Source of the DNA: an uncultured delta proteobacterium
GTDB taxonomy: Bacteria > Myxococcota_A > Polyangia > Polyangiales > JAFGIB01
NCBI GenBank assembly: GCA_963778655.1
Contig: CAVZVA010000005.1
Span: 32,001 to 96,000 of the forward strand
Direction of reading: 5' to 3'
Length of the DNA stretch: 64,000 bases
Under the pieces are notes generated by a model. The model saw only the letters and a list, made by a program, of their open reading frames with translations, had not been told where the DNA came from and did not search any database. The translations under genes were made by a program, and so were the position numbers. Of the stretch, positions 9,366 to 20,900 are shown piece after piece. Every line of letters starts with the position of its first letter. Position 1 is the first letter of the stretch.

Positions 9366-10420
9366 GCGGCCGGCTCGTCGCGCTGGCGTGCGCGGCCGCG
9401 GCGTGCGCGCTCGTGCTTGCGCCAGCGGCCGCGGCCCAGAGCAGGCGCTCGCGCGTGGCGCTGGTGCGCAGCGATTCGAGCGATCGACTGCTGCGCGACG
9501 CCAGCACGCGCCTGCGCGCCGAGCTCAAGAGCGCGGGCTTCGAGGTGGTCGAGGTGGAGCAGGCGCCGCAGGGCACACCGGGCGACGCCCGCGCCGAGGT
9601 CGAGCACGCCGCGGGCAGCGGCGGCAGCTTCGCGACGGTGTCGCTCAACCGCGCCAGCTTCGGTGCCTTCGCGGACGTGTGGATCAGCGATCACATCACC
9701 GGCAAGACGGTGGTGCGCAGGCTCGAGGTGGGCAGCGCCAGCAACGCGGCTGCCGTGCTCGCGATTCGCGCGCTCGAGCTGCTGCGCGCGAGCTTGCTGG
9801 AGCTGGCCGAGCCGCAGCGCCCGAGCGAGCCGGTGGTGGCGCCGCCCAAAGACGTGCTGCGCTTCGTGCAGCCGGCGCTGCCGCCGAGCGTGCCGCCGCG
9901 CCACCCCGCGTTCGCGGGCACCGCGCTGGGGGTGAGCGTGCTCGGCTTGCAGGGCACGGGCGGGCTGCACGCTGCGCTGGGGCCCAGCTTGCGGTTGCAA
10001 TATGGCTTCGGCCGCGTGTTCGGCCGGCTGTCGCTGGCGGGGCCGCTGCTCGGTCCGGAGCCCGCGCGCGCGGAGGGGCGCGCGGTCGTACGCCAAGAGC
10101 TGGCCAGCGTCGACATCGGCCTGGCGACAGCGGTGCGCCGCTTCGGCGCCTTCGGCTGGGTCGGCACCGGCGTGTTCCATCTGCACACGGCGGGCTCGGC
10201 CGCCTCGCCGTACAGGGCGGTGAGCGACGACGTGCTGTCGTGGTTGTCGAACGCCGGCGTGGGCGGGGTGGCGCGGCTCGGCTCGCAGACGCTGCTGAGC
10301 GCGGAGCTCGGTGTGCTCTGGCTGCTGCCGCATCCGGTGGTGGTGATCGCCGGCAAGGACAGCGGCAGCGCGGGGGTGCCGTCGGTCAGCCTGGCGGTGG
10401 GCGTGCTGGTGGGACTGTGA
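9362..10420 (+). CDS. Secreted / putative outer-membrane protein of the ECF-FecR cassette
   Basis: Signal peptide MSGRLVALACAAAACALVLAPAAAAQ; ATGA overlap with upstream gene; Gly-rich amphipathic beta-strand C-terminal half. Confidence 0.7.
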   Translation: MSGRLVALACAAAACALVLAPAAAAQSRRSRVALVRSDSSDRLLRDASTRLRAELKSAGFEVVEVEQAPQGTPGDARAEVEHAAGSGGSFATVSLNRASFGAFADVWISDHITGKTVVRRLEVGSASNAAAVLAIRALELLRASLLELAEPQRPSEPVVAPPKDVLRFVQPALPPSVPPRHPAFAGTALGVSVLGLQGTGGLHAALGPSLRLQYGFGRVFGRLSLAGPLLGPEPARAEGRAVVRQELASVDIGLATAVRRFGAFGWVGTGVFHLHTAGSAASPYRAVSDDVLSWLSNAGVGGVARLGSQTLLSAELGVLWLLPHPVVVIAGKDSGSAGVPSVSLAVGVLVGL

Positions 10421-10428
10421 CGCTTTTG

Positions 10429-10458
10429 TGAGCCACGGGGGCTGCGCGCCGCGCCCAC
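10429..10458 (+). promoter_or_regulatory. Putative ECF sigma promoter TGAGCCAC-N14-GCGCCCAC
   Basis: Upstream of the GH16 gene; matches 7429-7458. Confidence 0.65.
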
Positions 10459-10480
10459 TTCCAAAACAGGATGGGTGCAC

Positions 10481-12058
10481 ATGCGCGAACGTTTTCGGGC
10501 TCACGGCAAGCTTCCGGTCTTGGTGGTCGCGGCATGGGCGCTTGCCGCGTGCGAGAATGCGGGCACAGGCGACCGCGGGCTGTGTGATCAAGGCCTGTGC
10601 GCAGCAGGCAGCGGCGCTCCCGCTGCCAGCCCCACGGGTAGTCCCACGAGCAGCGGCGGCAGCGGGCCTGGGGGCGGCTCTGGGGGGCGTGCGGCCGCGT
10701 CCGGGGGAAGCGGCGGCGGCAGCGCGGTCGCGCCCGGCGGCCCGAGCGCGGGGAGTGCCGGCAGCGTCTCGGCGAGCGGCGGCACCGGCGGCGGCGGCAT
10801 GCCGGGCACCAGCAGCACGGGGGGCACGGGGGGCAGCGGTGGAACCGGGGGCACGGACGCGGGGGCCGCGCAGCCACCGCTGCCGGACTTCACGCTGGTG
10901 GTCGACGCGCCGGCCGACGGGGCCACGGTCTCGGGCACCGTCACGGTCAGCGGTCGCGCGCCCGGCTTCTTGAACGTCGAGGTGTGGGACGCGACGCACC
11001 AGAACCCGCCGCTGGTCCAGGCCACGCCCGCGGCGGACGGCGCGTTCAGCGCCAGCGTCGATGCCTCGGCGCTGGCCAGCGGCTCGAGCACCTGGACGGT
11101 CTACGCCTGGGACAGCGGGCCCGGCCAGAGCTTCATGCACACGGCCAACGTGCCGCTCAACCTGACCATCGGGCCGGCGTCGAGCGGCGGAGATCCCTGC
11201 GCGGGGCAGACCTGCTCGGGTCACGGCAGCTGCAGCGCCAGCGGCGGCTCCGCGAGCTGCGGCTGCGATGCGGGCTATCACGCGGTCTCGCTCAGCTGCA
11301 TCGCGGATTCGTCGGGCGGAGGCGGCGGCGGCTCGCCCGATCCGGGCACCTCCTACGTGCCCAGCGGCTACACGCTCAAGTTCAGCGACGAGTTCGACGG
11401 CAGCACGCTCGACACCGGCAAGTGGAACACGCTGGCGCCGTTCGGAGTGCAGTTCTTCTCGGACTCGCACCAGAAGCAGGCCTTCGTGCCCGAGGGCGTC
11501 ACCGTGCACGACGGCGTAGCCACCTTCACCGCCAAGCGCGCCAGCGGCGCCAGCAACGCCAACGGGCAGCCGTATACGTCCGGCAGCATCACCACCAACG
11601 GCACGTTCACCTACGGCTACTTCGAGACGCGGGCCCGGGTCCCGGCCGGCAAGGGCTTCTGGCCCGCGTACTGGCTGACCAGCTCGAGCCGCTGGCCGCC
11701 AGAGTGGGACATCTTCGAGATCATCGACGGGGTGATCTACGGCTACACACACCCGGTGTCGGGCGGCACGTGCTCGTTCGTCGACGGAGCGGCGGGCAGC
11801 GACGACACCTACACGATTGCCAACGTGTACGGCCAGTACCACATCTACGGGTTCGAGTGGACCGCATCGGAGCTGTTCTGGTACGTCGACGGCGTGATGA
11901 CCGAGCACTACCAGGTCAACGCGGCTGCGGGCGCAAACGATCCCTTCTGGCTCAACATCTCACTGCAGGTGGGAGGCGACTGGCCCGGCGACCCGGACAG
12001 CTCGACGCCCCTGCCGTCGACGATGGACGTGGATTACATGCGCGTGTACCAGAAGTGA
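10481..12058 (+). CDS. Glycoside hydrolase family 16 lipoprotein with Gly/Ser linker, Ig-like and EGF-like modules
   Basis: Lipobox ALAAC; FSDEFDG, YGYFETRARVPAGKGFWPAYW, catalytic EWDIFE, MDVDYMRVYQ; six-Cys EGF-like CAGQTCSGHGSC...CGCDAGY...C. Confidence 0.9.
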   Translation: MRERFRAHGKLPVLVVAAWALAACENAGTGDRGLCDQGLCAAGSGAPAASPTGSPTSSGGSGPGGGSGGRAAASGGSGGGSAVAPGGPSAGSAGSVSASGGTGGGGMPGTSSTGGTGGSGGTGGTDAGAAQPPLPDFTLVVDAPADGATVSGTVTVSGRAPGFLNVEVWDATHQNPPLVQATPAADGAFSASVDASALASGSSTWTVYAWDSGPGQSFMHTANVPLNLTIGPASSGGDPCAGQTCSGHGSCSASGGSASCGCDAGYHAVSLSCIADSSGGGGGGSPDPGTSYVPSGYTLKFSDEFDGSTLDTGKWNTLAPFGVQFFSDSHQKQAFVPEGVTVHDGVATFTAKRASGASNANGQPYTSGSITTNGTFTYGYFETRARVPAGKGFWPAYWLTSSSRWPPEWDIFEIIDGVIYGYTHPVSGGTCSFVDGAAGSDDTYTIANVYGQYHIYGFEWTASELFWYVDGVMTEHYQVNAAAGANDPFWLNISLQVGGDWPGDPDSSTPLPSTMDVDYMRVYQK

Positions 12059-12234
12059 CGCGTTGCGGTGCCGGCGCGGCAGCGCTCCCGGTGACGGCGT
12101 CCGCTCACGCCTGCGAGCCCGGATCGTTTCCGCCCGTCCCGGCAGCGCCGTCCGAACGGGCGGCGCGGCGCGCGACCGGCGGCGAGGCGCCGGTCGATTT
12201 CGCTTCGCGTCCGGTGTCCGTCGGGGCGCGCCGC

Positions 12235-12264
12235 TTTACAGCCGACGAACGCTTGCAGTAGCCT
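12235..12264 (+). promoter_or_regulatory. Putative sigma70 promoter of glpK (TTTACA-N18-TAGCCT)
   Basis: -10 box ends 6 nt before in-frame TTG 12271. Confidence 0.5.
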
Positions 12265-12276
12265 GTCCATTTGCCG

Positions 12277-13767
12277 ATGGCCCGCTTTCTGCTTGCGATC
12301 GATCAAGGGACCACGGGCTCGACCGCGCTCGTGCTCTCCGACCACGCCGAGGTGCTGGCGCGGGCCACCAGCGAGTTTCCGCAGCACTTCCCGCAGCCCG
12401 GCTGGGTCGAGCACGAGCTCGAGGAGATCTGGGCGAGCGTGCTGTCGTCGGTGCGTGACGCGCTGCGAGCGGCCGCAGTCGACCCCAAGGACTGCGCCGC
12501 GATCGGCATCACCAACCAGCGCGAGACCACGCTCTTGTGGGAGCGGCAGAGCGGGCGGCCGATCCATCGCGCGATCGTGTGGCAGGATCGGCGTACCGCG
12601 GGGCGCTGCGCGGAGCTGAAGGCGGCCGGGCTCGAGCCGCTGTTTCGCGAGCACACCGGCCTGGTGATCGACCCCTACTTCAGCGGCACCAAGCTGGAGT
12701 GGCTGCTCGACCACGTCGACGGCGCGCGCGCGCGCGCCGAGCGCGGCGAGCTGTGCTTCGGCACCATCGACTGCTGGCTCGCCTATCGCCTGAGCGGCGG
12801 CGCGCTACACGTGACCGACGCCTCCAACGCCTCGCGCACCCTGCTGTACGACATTCGCAGCGGCGCCTGGGAGCCGAAGCTGCTGCAGGCGCTGCGCGTG
12901 CCCGCCGCTGTGCTGCCCGAGGTCCGCGGCAACTCCGAGGTCTACGGCCACGTGCGCGGCGTGACCGGCCTGCCGGACGGCATTCCGATCGCGGGCATGG
13001 CGGGCGACCAGCAGGCCGCGCTGTTCGGGCAGACCTGCTTCGCGCTGGGCGACGCCAAGTGCACCTACGGCACCGGGGCGTTTCTGCTGATGAACACCGG
13101 CGAGCAGGCGATGCGCTCGCAGCACGGGCTGGTCAGCACGGTGGCCTGGCGCATCGGCGGCCGCACCACCTACGCGCTCGAGGGCAGCGCGTTCGTGGCC
13201 GGCAGCGCGGTGCAGTGGTTGCGCGACCAGCTCGGTATCATCTCGAGCGCCGCCGAGGTCGAGGCGCTCGCGCGCAAGGTCGAGTCCTCCGAGGGCGTGG
13301 TGTTCGTGCCGGCGCTGGCCGGCCTGGGCGCGCCGCACTGGGACCCGGAGGCGCGCGGGCTGATCTGCGGGTTGACCCGCGGCAGCTCGGCCGCCCACCT
13401 GGCGCGCGCCACGCTCGAGGGCATCGCGTTCCAGATCGCGGAGCTGGCGCAGGCGATGATGAAGGACGCGGGCCGTCCGATCGGGCGCCTGCGCGTCGAC
13501 GGCGGCGCCTCGATGAACGCGCTGCTGATGCAGTTTCAGGCCGACCTGCTGGACCTGCCGATCGACCGCCCGGCTTGCGTCGAAACCACGGCCCTGGGCG
13601 CCGCGTACCTGGCCGGGCTGGCGGTGTCGGTGTTCGCGGACACCGCGGCGATTGCGCGGGTGCACCGCGTCGAGCGCACGTTCGCCCCCGCCATGAGCCC
13701 GGCGCAGCGCGAGCAACACTTGAACAGATGGCGCGTGGCGGTACAACGCGCCAGGAGCCACGCTTAA
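12277..13767 (+). CDS. glpK: Glycerol kinase
   Basis: [59 protein letters not shown]. Confidence 0.97.
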   Translation: MARFLLAIDQGTTGSTALVLSDHAEVLARATSEFPQHFPQPGWVEHELEEIWASVLSSVRDALRAAAVDPKDCAAIGITNQRETTLLWERQSGRPIHRAIVWQDRRTAGRCAELKAAGLEPLFREHTGLVIDPYFSGTKLEWLLDHVDGARARAERGELCFGTIDCWLAYRLSGGALHVTDASNASRTLLYDIRSGAWEPKLLQALRVPAAVLPEVRGNSEVYGHVRGVTGLPDGIPIAGMAGDQQAALFGQTCFALGDAKCTYGTGAFLLMNTGEQAMRSQHGLVSTVAWRIGGRTTYALEGSAFVAGSAVQWLRDQLGIISSAAEVEALARKVESSEGVVFVPALAGLGAPHWDPEARGLICGLTRGSSAAHLARATLEGIAFQIAELAQAMMKDAGRPIGRLRVDGGASMNALLMQFQADLLDLPIDRPACVETTALGAAYLAGLAVSVFADTAAIARVHRVERTFAPAMSPAQREQHLNRWRVAVQRARSHA

Positions 13768-13770
13768 ACC

Positions 13771-14496
13771 ATGAACGCCGACAAGCCGAGCCACGCGGGC
13801 GCCTACCGGGACGTGCCGATCGCCTGGGAGTCGCTCGAGGACGCGTTCGAGAACAACGCGCCCGAGGTGCACAGCTACCTCAACCTCGAGAGCGGCGACG
13901 TGGTGCGCATCGTGGATGGCGTCGCCGAGCCCGCCACGCACGCGCGCATCGCGGCCGATCCGGGCTACATGCGCATCGATCCGGTCTCCTCGCGCGAGCA
14001 GTACCGCTGGATGGAGCGCTTCATCGCCACCATCGAGGACGTGGAGCTGCGCCAGAAGCTGGTGGCCGCGATCGACGGCAAGGGTGCGTTCCGGCGCTTC
14101 AAGGACGTGCTGATGACCTATCCGATCGACCGCGAGCGCTGGTTCGCGTTTCGCTCGGAGCGCCTGCGGATCGCGATCGAGTCGTGGCTGGAGGCCCACG
14201 GGCTGCAAGCCCAGGAGCGCGAGCAGTGGCAAGTGCCGACCGCCGACCAGGTCAAGGCCGCGGTCGAGCAGCACGAGCGCACGCAGCCGGCCCGCAAGAG
14301 CCGCGCCGCGGTCGCGGAGGCCACCCGGCACCGCCTGCGCGAGCTGTGCGATCTGCTGCCCGTGCGCGAGCTGGAGCTGGCGCAAGAGTTTCTGGAGTTC
14401 CTGCGCGAGCGGCGGCCGCTGCCGCGCCCGCGCGTGCGCGGCGGCGAGGTCGCGGGCGGCGAAGCCCAGAGCCCCGAGCAAGACGATGAGGCATGA
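13771..14496 (+). CDS. UPF0158 family protein
   Basis: [44 protein letters not shown]. Confidence 0.8.
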   Translation: MNADKPSHAGAYRDVPIAWESLEDAFENNAPEVHSYLNLESGDVVRIVDGVAEPATHARIAADPGYMRIDPVSSREQYRWMERFIATIEDVELRQKLVAAIDGKGAFRRFKDVLMTYPIDRERWFAFRSERLRIAIESWLEAHGLQAQEREQWQVPTADQVKAAVEQHERTQPARKSRAAVAEATRHRLRELCDLLPVRELELAQEFLEFLRERRPLPRPRVRGGEVAGGEAQSPEQDDEA

Positions 14497-15235
14497 GCCG
14501 CGGGCGCGCGGCGGGCGCTCTACCCGCGCGCGGCAAGCGGGAAGTCGCGCGGGGGCCTGGCTGGCGCTGTCGTGGGGAGCGCTCGCGCTGGGCGCGTGGC
14601 TCGGGCCCGCGCGCGGCGCTCGTGCCGACGCCACCCCGGTCCGGCTCGACGGCCTGGCCGCGGTGGTCGGCGGCAACGCCCCCGGCCCCGGCGTCGACGT
14701 GGTGCTGCAGAGCGACGTGGAGCTGCGCGCGCGCATCACGCTCGGCGGCCGCAGCAATGAGCCGCTGCAGCTGGGGCCGATCCCCAGCACGCTGCTTTCG
14801 GCCACGCTCAACGAGATCATCGGCGAGCTGCTGATCGCGCGCGAGGCGCGCCGGGTTCAGGCGGCGGCGCCGGCCGCGGCCGACGTCGTGCGCGAGCGCA
14901 AGCGGCTCGCGCTTTCGGCGGGCGGCCAGGCGCGCATGCGCGAGCTGCTCGACGCGCTCGCAGCGTTGCCCGGCGAGCTCGAGGCGGTGGCGCGCCGGCG
15001 CGCCGTGGTCGGGGCGTTCCTGAGCGCCAACCTCGAAGGCGTCACCGTGGTGACCGATGCCGAGGTCGAGCGCGCCTACGCGGCGCAGGGCGGGCGGGCT
15101 ACCGGGAGCGACCGCGATCAGGCGCTGCGCGCGCTGCGCGCCAAGCTCTCGCGCGAGGCGCTCAATCGCACCATCGAGCGCTGGGTCACGGTGTTGCGCT
15201 CGCGCACGCCGGTGCGCATCTACGTGCAATACTGA
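14486..15235 (+). CDS. Exported protein, SurA N-terminal-like
   Basis: Signal-like N-terminus; [20 protein letters not shown]-terminal [14 protein letters not shown]. Confidence 0.55.
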   Translation: MRHEPRARGGRSTRARQAGSRAGAWLALSWGALALGAWLGPARGARADATPVRLDGLAAVVGGNAPGPGVDVVLQSDVELRARITLGGRSNEPLQLGPIPSTLLSATLNEIIGELLIAREARRVQAAAPAAADVVRERKRLALSAGGQARMRELLDALAALPGELEAVARRRAVVGAFLSANLEGVTVVTDAEVERAYAAQGGRATGSDRDQALRALRAKLSREALNRTIERWVTVLRSRTPVRIYVQY

Positions 15236-15294
15236 CGCTTCGGCGCTAGGTCTTCGGCGATCCAGCCGCGCGCGGTCACGGCGCAAGGACGGCG

Positions 15295-15753
15295 ATGCCG
15301 ATCGACTCCAAAGCCAGCATCCTGCCTGCGCGGCCCGGCGATCTCGAAGCCGTGTACCGCATCGCGGAGGAGTCGTTTCCGGTGCCCTGGCCACTCGAGG
15401 AGCTGCGCAAGGAGCTGGGCCGGCCGTTCTCCGCGCTGCGCGTGCTGCGGCCGCAGCCCGAGGCGCCGATCGCCGGCTTCCTCAACTACTGGCGCGTGGC
15501 CGACGAGCTGCAGCTCATGAACGTCGCGGTCGCTCCCGCGCAGCGGCGCCGGGGTCACGGGCGCGCGCTGCTCGAGGACTTGCTGCGCATCGCCCGCGCG
15601 CTCGCGGTGGCGTCGGTGAGCCTGGAGGTGCGTCCCTCCAACCAGGCTGCGATTCGGCTCTACCAGGCGTATGGTTTCGCGCGCATCGGGCTTCGCCCCA
15701 GGTACTACTCCGACAACGCCGAGGACGCCCTGGTCATGCGCATCGCCCCGTGA
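15295..15753 (+). CDS. rimI: Ribosomal-protein-alanine N-acetyltransferase
   Basis: ELQLMNVAVAPAQRRRGHG, LEVRPSNQAAIRLY, RPRYYSDNAEDALVM. Confidence 0.9.
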   Translation: MPIDSKASILPARPGDLEAVYRIAEESFPVPWPLEELRKELGRPFSALRVLRPQPEAPIAGFLNYWRVADELQLMNVAVAPAQRRRGHGRALLEDLLRIARALAVASVSLEVRPSNQAAIRLYQAYGFARIGLRPRYYSDNAEDALVMRIAP

Positions 15754-15894
15754 GTCGGCCTGTGAGCAAAGCGTCGCAATGGACGTCCGCAACTGGGGCT
15801 GCTACGGATAACTTTCGGAGCGACGCGCTGGTCCGGCGCCCGGGGTCGCGCGCCGCAGCGGCGGGTGCCATCGGGGCACCCGGGTGCGAGGAGA

Positions 15895-17244
15895 ATGCGG
15901 TTGTCTCCCGACGATAAACGGGACCTGCCAGAGCTGCCGGAGCGAGAGCAGGCGGAACCGTCGGCCGGCACCGCGGTCGCGCCCGATCAAGCCGATCCCG
16001 CGCAGGCCCCGGCTGCGGCCGCCGGAGCCGCCCCGAGCGCGGCCGAGGATGCGCCGGGCGACGGCGGCGACGACCTCGATGCGCTCGCGGGCTGCTTGCC
16101 CGGTCCGCCCGACGCGGGCGCCGAGCCGGGCGAAGGCGACTCGAACGCGGGCGCCGCGCCGCACGTGGAGCACGGCGAGTCGGGCGACGACGACGGCCGG
16201 CTCGATCTCGGGCAGCTGGTGGCGAGCGCGCGGCGCTCGCTTTTGCCCGCGGCGCCGGTGGCGGACGACGACGCAACGCACCCGGCGGCTGCGCTCGGGG
16301 TGCCGCCCGGGTTGTCGTCCTCGATCGCCCCTGGCGCGCAGCTCGCACCGCGCCCCGCGCGCGCGGCTTGGCTGATGCCCTTGCTGGTGGGCGTGGGCTT
16401 GGGCGTGGGCATCGCAGGCACGCTGTTCGGCCTCTCGGCGCGGCGCGCGGCGCCCGCGAGCGCGCCGGCGGCGGCGGCCCCGAGCAGACCGCCCCCAGCC
16501 GCCGTGGCCGCGGCCGAACCGGCTGGGGGCACGCCGGCCGGAGCGGCCGCGACGCCGCCGGCGCCTGCGGCCGAGCCCAGCCTTGGCCCGGCGCCGGCTG
16601 CCGCCCCCGCCGCCACCCCGAGCCCGGCGCCGGCGACCGCCGAGCCCGCGCGCGCGCCCGCCCCCGTGCACACCGAGCCCGCGGCGGCGCGGGTCGCTGC
16701 CAGCCCCGCGCGCCCCCGTGCGCCTGCGCCTGCCGCCGCGCCGACGCCGGCTGCCGCGCCGGGAGCGGTCGCCCAAGCGCCCGCGCCCCCCGCCGCGGAG
16801 CCGGCCGGCGAGGTCGCCACCAAGGGCCCCGCGGCCGAGGTCGCGGCGGCCGCGGCCAAGGACGCCCCCGCGCCGAGCGGGTCGGTCGACGCGTTGCTCG
16901 ACGAAGCGCTGGCCCCGCCCGCGCGACGCCTGGCGCTCGAGCAGCGCCAGGCCGCCGCGCTCGCGGCCAACCAGCTGCCGCTGACGCCCAGCCGCGAGGA
17001 CGTGACCCAGGCGATGACCGTGATGCTGCCCGCCATCCGCGGCTGCGCCATGGGCCAGCGCGGGCTCGCCACCGCAAGCATCATCGTGCAGGGCGACGGC
17101 CGCGTGGTCGGGGTCGAGGTGGTGGGCGCGCCCTTTGCCGGCACTCCCAGCGGCCGCTGCATGGAGGGCGTGATCCGGCACGCGCACTTCCCGCGCTTCC
17201 GGCAACCCACCTTCCGCATCCGCTTTCCTCTCTCGATCCAGTGA
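15895..17244 (+). CDS. Pro/Ala-rich bitopic membrane protein with TonB-C-like (AgmX/PglI-type) C-terminal domain
   Basis: One TM (LMPLLVGVGLGVGIAGTLFGL), long PA linker, C-terminal PSREDV...IRGC...GDGRV...GAPFAGTPSGRC...FPRF. Confidence 0.65.
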   Translation: MRLSPDDKRDLPELPEREQAEPSAGTAVAPDQADPAQAPAAAAGAAPSAAEDAPGDGGDDLDALAGCLPGPPDAGAEPGEGDSNAGAAPHVEHGESGDDDGRLDLGQLVASARRSLLPAAPVADDDATHPAAALGVPPGLSSSIAPGAQLAPRPARAAWLMPLLVGVGLGVGIAGTLFGLSARRAAPASAPAAAAPSRPPPAAVAAAEPAGGTPAGAAATPPAPAAEPSLGPAPAAAPAATPSPAPATAEPARAPAPVHTEPAAARVAASPARPRAPAPAAAPTPAAAPGAVAQAPAPPAAEPAGEVATKGPAAEVAAAAAKDAPAPSGSVDALLDEALAPPARRLALEQRQAAALAANQLPLTPSREDVTQAMTVMLPAIRGCAMGQRGLATASIIVQGDGRVVGVEVVGAPFAGTPSGRCMEGVIRHAHFPRFRQPTFRIRFPLSIQ

Positions 17245-17257
17245 AGCGGGGCGGGCG

Positions 17258-17863
17258 ATGAGCGTTGTCGTGTCGGCCCGCCGCAGCACGCTGATCGCGG
17301 CGCTGGGTTTGGTGGCGCTGGGCTGCGGCGCGCGGCAGCAGAAGGGCCCCACCGAGCCGCTGCCGCTGCCGCCGGGCGCCGCGGCAGAGCAAGCGCTCGA
17401 CGACCTGGGGCGCCGCCTGTACCAGGCGCTGGCACGCGGGCGCCCCGACGAGATCATGCTGAGCGACTCGGCGCTGCGCGCGCTGCTGCTGCCCGAGGCC
17501 GCGAGCCGGGCCATGACCCTGCGGCACGCTCGACCGGGGCTGCGGGTGATGGCGCCCGACGAGCGCGCGCTGTTCAGCGCCGCGCGCTACGCGGGCATCT
17601 GCGTGCAGCAAGGGCGCTCCGAGCCGCGCGGCGGCCCGCTCGGCCTGCGCGCCCCCGGCTTCTGCTTCGAGCGCGCGCTGATCATCGGGCGTGAGCCCGG
17701 CGGCGGTGCGATCGCCAGCTGGGTAGAGGGACGCTTCGTCAACACCGATGCCGGCTTCGGCGCACTGAGCCTGGAGCGTGTCGAGCCCCCGCGGCGCGAC
17801 CACGCAGATCTGGAGCTCGCGGTGTGCGAGCTGAGGGCCGGTCCGATAGACCACAATATGTAG
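17258..17863 (+). CDS. Hypothetical lipoprotein
   Basis: Lipobox LVALGC; 201 aa. Confidence 0.7.
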   Translation: MSVVVSARRSTLIAALGLVALGCGARQQKGPTEPLPLPPGAAAEQALDDLGRRLYQALARGRPDEIMLSDSALRALLLPEAASRAMTLRHARPGLRVMAPDERALFSAARYAGICVQQGRSEPRGGPLGLRAPGFCFERALIIGREPGGGAIASWVEGRFVNTDAGFGALSLERVEPPRRDHADLELAVCELRAGPIDHNM

Positions 17864-17997
17864 TGGTGGGCTGTCGCTCAGGCTACCAGATTCAGAAGGC
17901 GTCGTTGCAAGCCCGAAAGCCCGATGGTACCCCATTCGGGGCTTTCAGACCTTTTTTGGGGCGATTCCACGCCCAGCCCTCCGAGGGATCACCGGGG

Positions 17998-20900
17998 ATG
18001 AAAATCAAGAAGCTCGAGGTCGTTGGGTTCAAGTCGTTCGTCGACCGGACCGTGTTGCACTTCGATCACGAGGTGACTTGCATCGTCGGGCCCAACGGCT
18101 GCGGCAAGTCCAACGTCGTCGACGCGATCCGCTGGGCGATGGGCGAGCAGTCGGCCAAAACGCTGCGCGGCCGCGGCATGGAGGACGTGATCTTCAACGG
18201 CGCGGAGTCGCGCGGCCCGGTCGGCCTGGCCGAGGTCTCGATCACCTTCGACAACCAGGACCGGATCGCGCCGCCCGAGTACAACGACTACGCCGAGATC
18301 CAGGTCACGCGCAGGCTCGATCGGCAGGGCAACAGCGAGTACCTGATCAACAAGACCCACGTCCGCCTAATGGACGTCACCAACCTGTTTCTCGGCACCG
18401 GCGTGGGGCGCAAGTCCTCGTACTCGATCGTGGAGCAGGGGCGCATCGGGCTGATCGTGTCGGCCAAGCCGCTCGACCGGCGCACGTTGATCGAGGAGGC
18501 GGCCGGCATCACCAAGTTCAAGGCCAAGAAGGTCGCGGCCGAGCGCAAGATGGAATACACGCAGCAGAACCTGCTGCGCGTCAGCGACGTCATCGGCGAG
18601 CTGCAGAACACCCTGGCCACGCTCAAGCGCCAGGCACAGAAGGCCGAGCGCTACAAGCGCTACCGCACCGAGATCCGCGATCTCGAGCTGTGGGTGGCCG
18701 CGCATCGCTGGCTCGAGCTCACCAGCGGTCACCGCGTGTTGCAGTCGCGGCTGAGCGAGGTGGAGGCCAAGGTCGAAGGCGCGCGCGCCGCGCTGCGCGT
18801 GCGTGAGGCCGAGCTCGAGGCCGAGCGTCTGACTCTGCAGGGCGTCGAGACCGAGCTCTCGGACGCTCAGGCGCGCGCCTACGAGGCCGACAACGGGGTG
18901 CGCCTGCTGGAGAGCGAAGTGCAGCACCGCCAACAGCAGGCGGAGGCGCTGCGCGAGCGCGAGGCCAATGCGCGGCGTGAGACCGAGGGGCTGCTCGGCC
19001 AGCGCGAGGCGCTGGCGGCCGAGGCCAGCGGCATCGGCGTGCGCCTGCAGGGCCTGCGCGAGAACGAGCAGGCCGAGGCGGACGTGCTCGCGCGCGAGAG
19101 TCAAGAGCTCGAGCGGCGGCGCCAGGCGAGCGAGGAAGCCGAGCGCCTGCAGCTCGCCGCGCGTGAGCGCCTGAGCGAGGCCGACAAGCGCATCGCGCGC
19201 GCGGACGCGCTGCTGCTGGCGTTGGAGCAGCGCCGCAGCGACCAGCGCGCGCGGCTTTCGCGGATCGAAGCCGAGCAGCGCGAGCTGGTCGATCGCGAGG
19301 CCGAGCTGCGGCAGCAGGCCGACGAGCTGCGCGCCCGGCTGTCCGGGCTGCGCAGCGACAAGGCCACGATCGGCGAGCAGCGCGGGCACCTGGAGCAGGA
19401 GCTCGCGGGGCTGCGCCAGCAGATCGTGCACAGCGACGAGCGCGTGGAGCAGCTGCGCTCGCAGCTGGCGGAGAAGCGCTCGCGGCTACGCTCGCTCGAA
19501 GAGATCCAGCAGCGCTTCGAAGGCGTGGGCGCGGGCGTGCGCGCGGTGATGACGGGCTTCTCGGGCGCGGGCGCTGGCGAGCGCACGCGCGTGCACGGGC
19601 TGGTGGCCGATCGCTTCGAGTGCCCGCCCGAGCTGACGCGTGCGCTGGCGGCGGCGCTGGGCGAGAAGCTGCAGTACGTGGTGGTCGACGATCTGGCCAC
19701 CGGCGTGGACGCGGTGCGCTACCTGAGCGAGGGCCGGCGGGGGCGCGCCACGCTGATCCCGAGCGTGCCGAGCGGGGAGCGCGCGACGCGTGACGCGCTG
19801 CCGGCGGACGCGGGCGTGGTCGGACCTTTGCTCGAGCTGGTCGAGGTCGCCGCCCAGGATCGCGCGCTGGCCGAGCACCTGCTCGGCGACGTGATGGTGG
19901 TGGAGAGCCTGGAGGCGGCGCGCGCGATCCACGAGCTGGGCCAGGGGGCGCACGTGCTGGTCACGCGCGACGGCCAGCTGCTGTCGGCCGACGGGACGCT
20001 GTCGGGCGGCGACGGCGAGGACGTGGGCGCGCACCTGCTCGAGGTCAAGCGCGAGCTGCGCGAGCTGGCCGACGACGTGGCGCAGCTGGAGACGGAGATG
20101 GACGCTGCGCGCGCCCACCACGGCTCGCTGCGCAGCGCGATCGCGCAGCGCCAGGCCGCGATCGAGAGCACGCGCAGCGATGCGCACGAGCACGAGATCG
20201 GTCTGGTCAAGGCGGAGCGTGACCTCAGGCGGGTCGAGGACACGGCGACCGAGAGCGGGCAGCGTGCCCACAACCTCGCGCAGGAGGGCGCCTCGCTCGC
20301 GCCGCTGCTGCAGGGGGGCGGCGACGAGGAGAGCGCAGCGCGCGGCGAGCGCGCCGAGGCCGAAGACGCCAGGGCGGCGGCCTTGGCCGAGCTGGCCGCG
20401 GCCGACGAGGTCCAGCGCACGCGCAAGGCGCTGGTCGAGGAGCAAAACGACGTGGTGACCGAGGTGCGCGTGCGCGCGGCCGAAGCCAAGCAGCGGGTCG
20501 AAGGCGACCAGGCGGTGGTCGAGCGGCTGCAGCGCTCGCTCGCGGAGCTCGACGCACGCGAGGCGCGCCTGCGCGAGGAGCTGCAGGATCTCGCGCACCA
20601 GCAGGGCGAGCTGGTGGGCTCGGTGGCGCGCGATCGCGAGCTGCTCACCGAGCGCGTGGCCGAGGCGCTCGAGCGCAACGACCAGGTGAGCGCGCTGAAG
20701 GCGCAGTACGAGGAGGCGCGTGCGCGCCTGGCCGAGCACGAGCAAGGCCTGCGTGCGGTCCGGGTGACGATCGAGGACGAGGGCAAGCGCCTGAGCGAGT
20801 TCAGCCTGGAGGAGCGCGAAGCGGTGCTGGCGATCGAGCACCTGCTCGAGGGCGTCTACGACCGCCACCGCGTCGACGTGCGCAAGGAGCTGACCGACTA

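Noticed and set aside
8012..10420. 802-aa ORF as a genuine single protein
   Set aside because: Middle section is out-of-frame Arg/Ala-rich translation of the FecR gene; better explained as a frameshifted anti-sigma plus a separate gene starting at 9362
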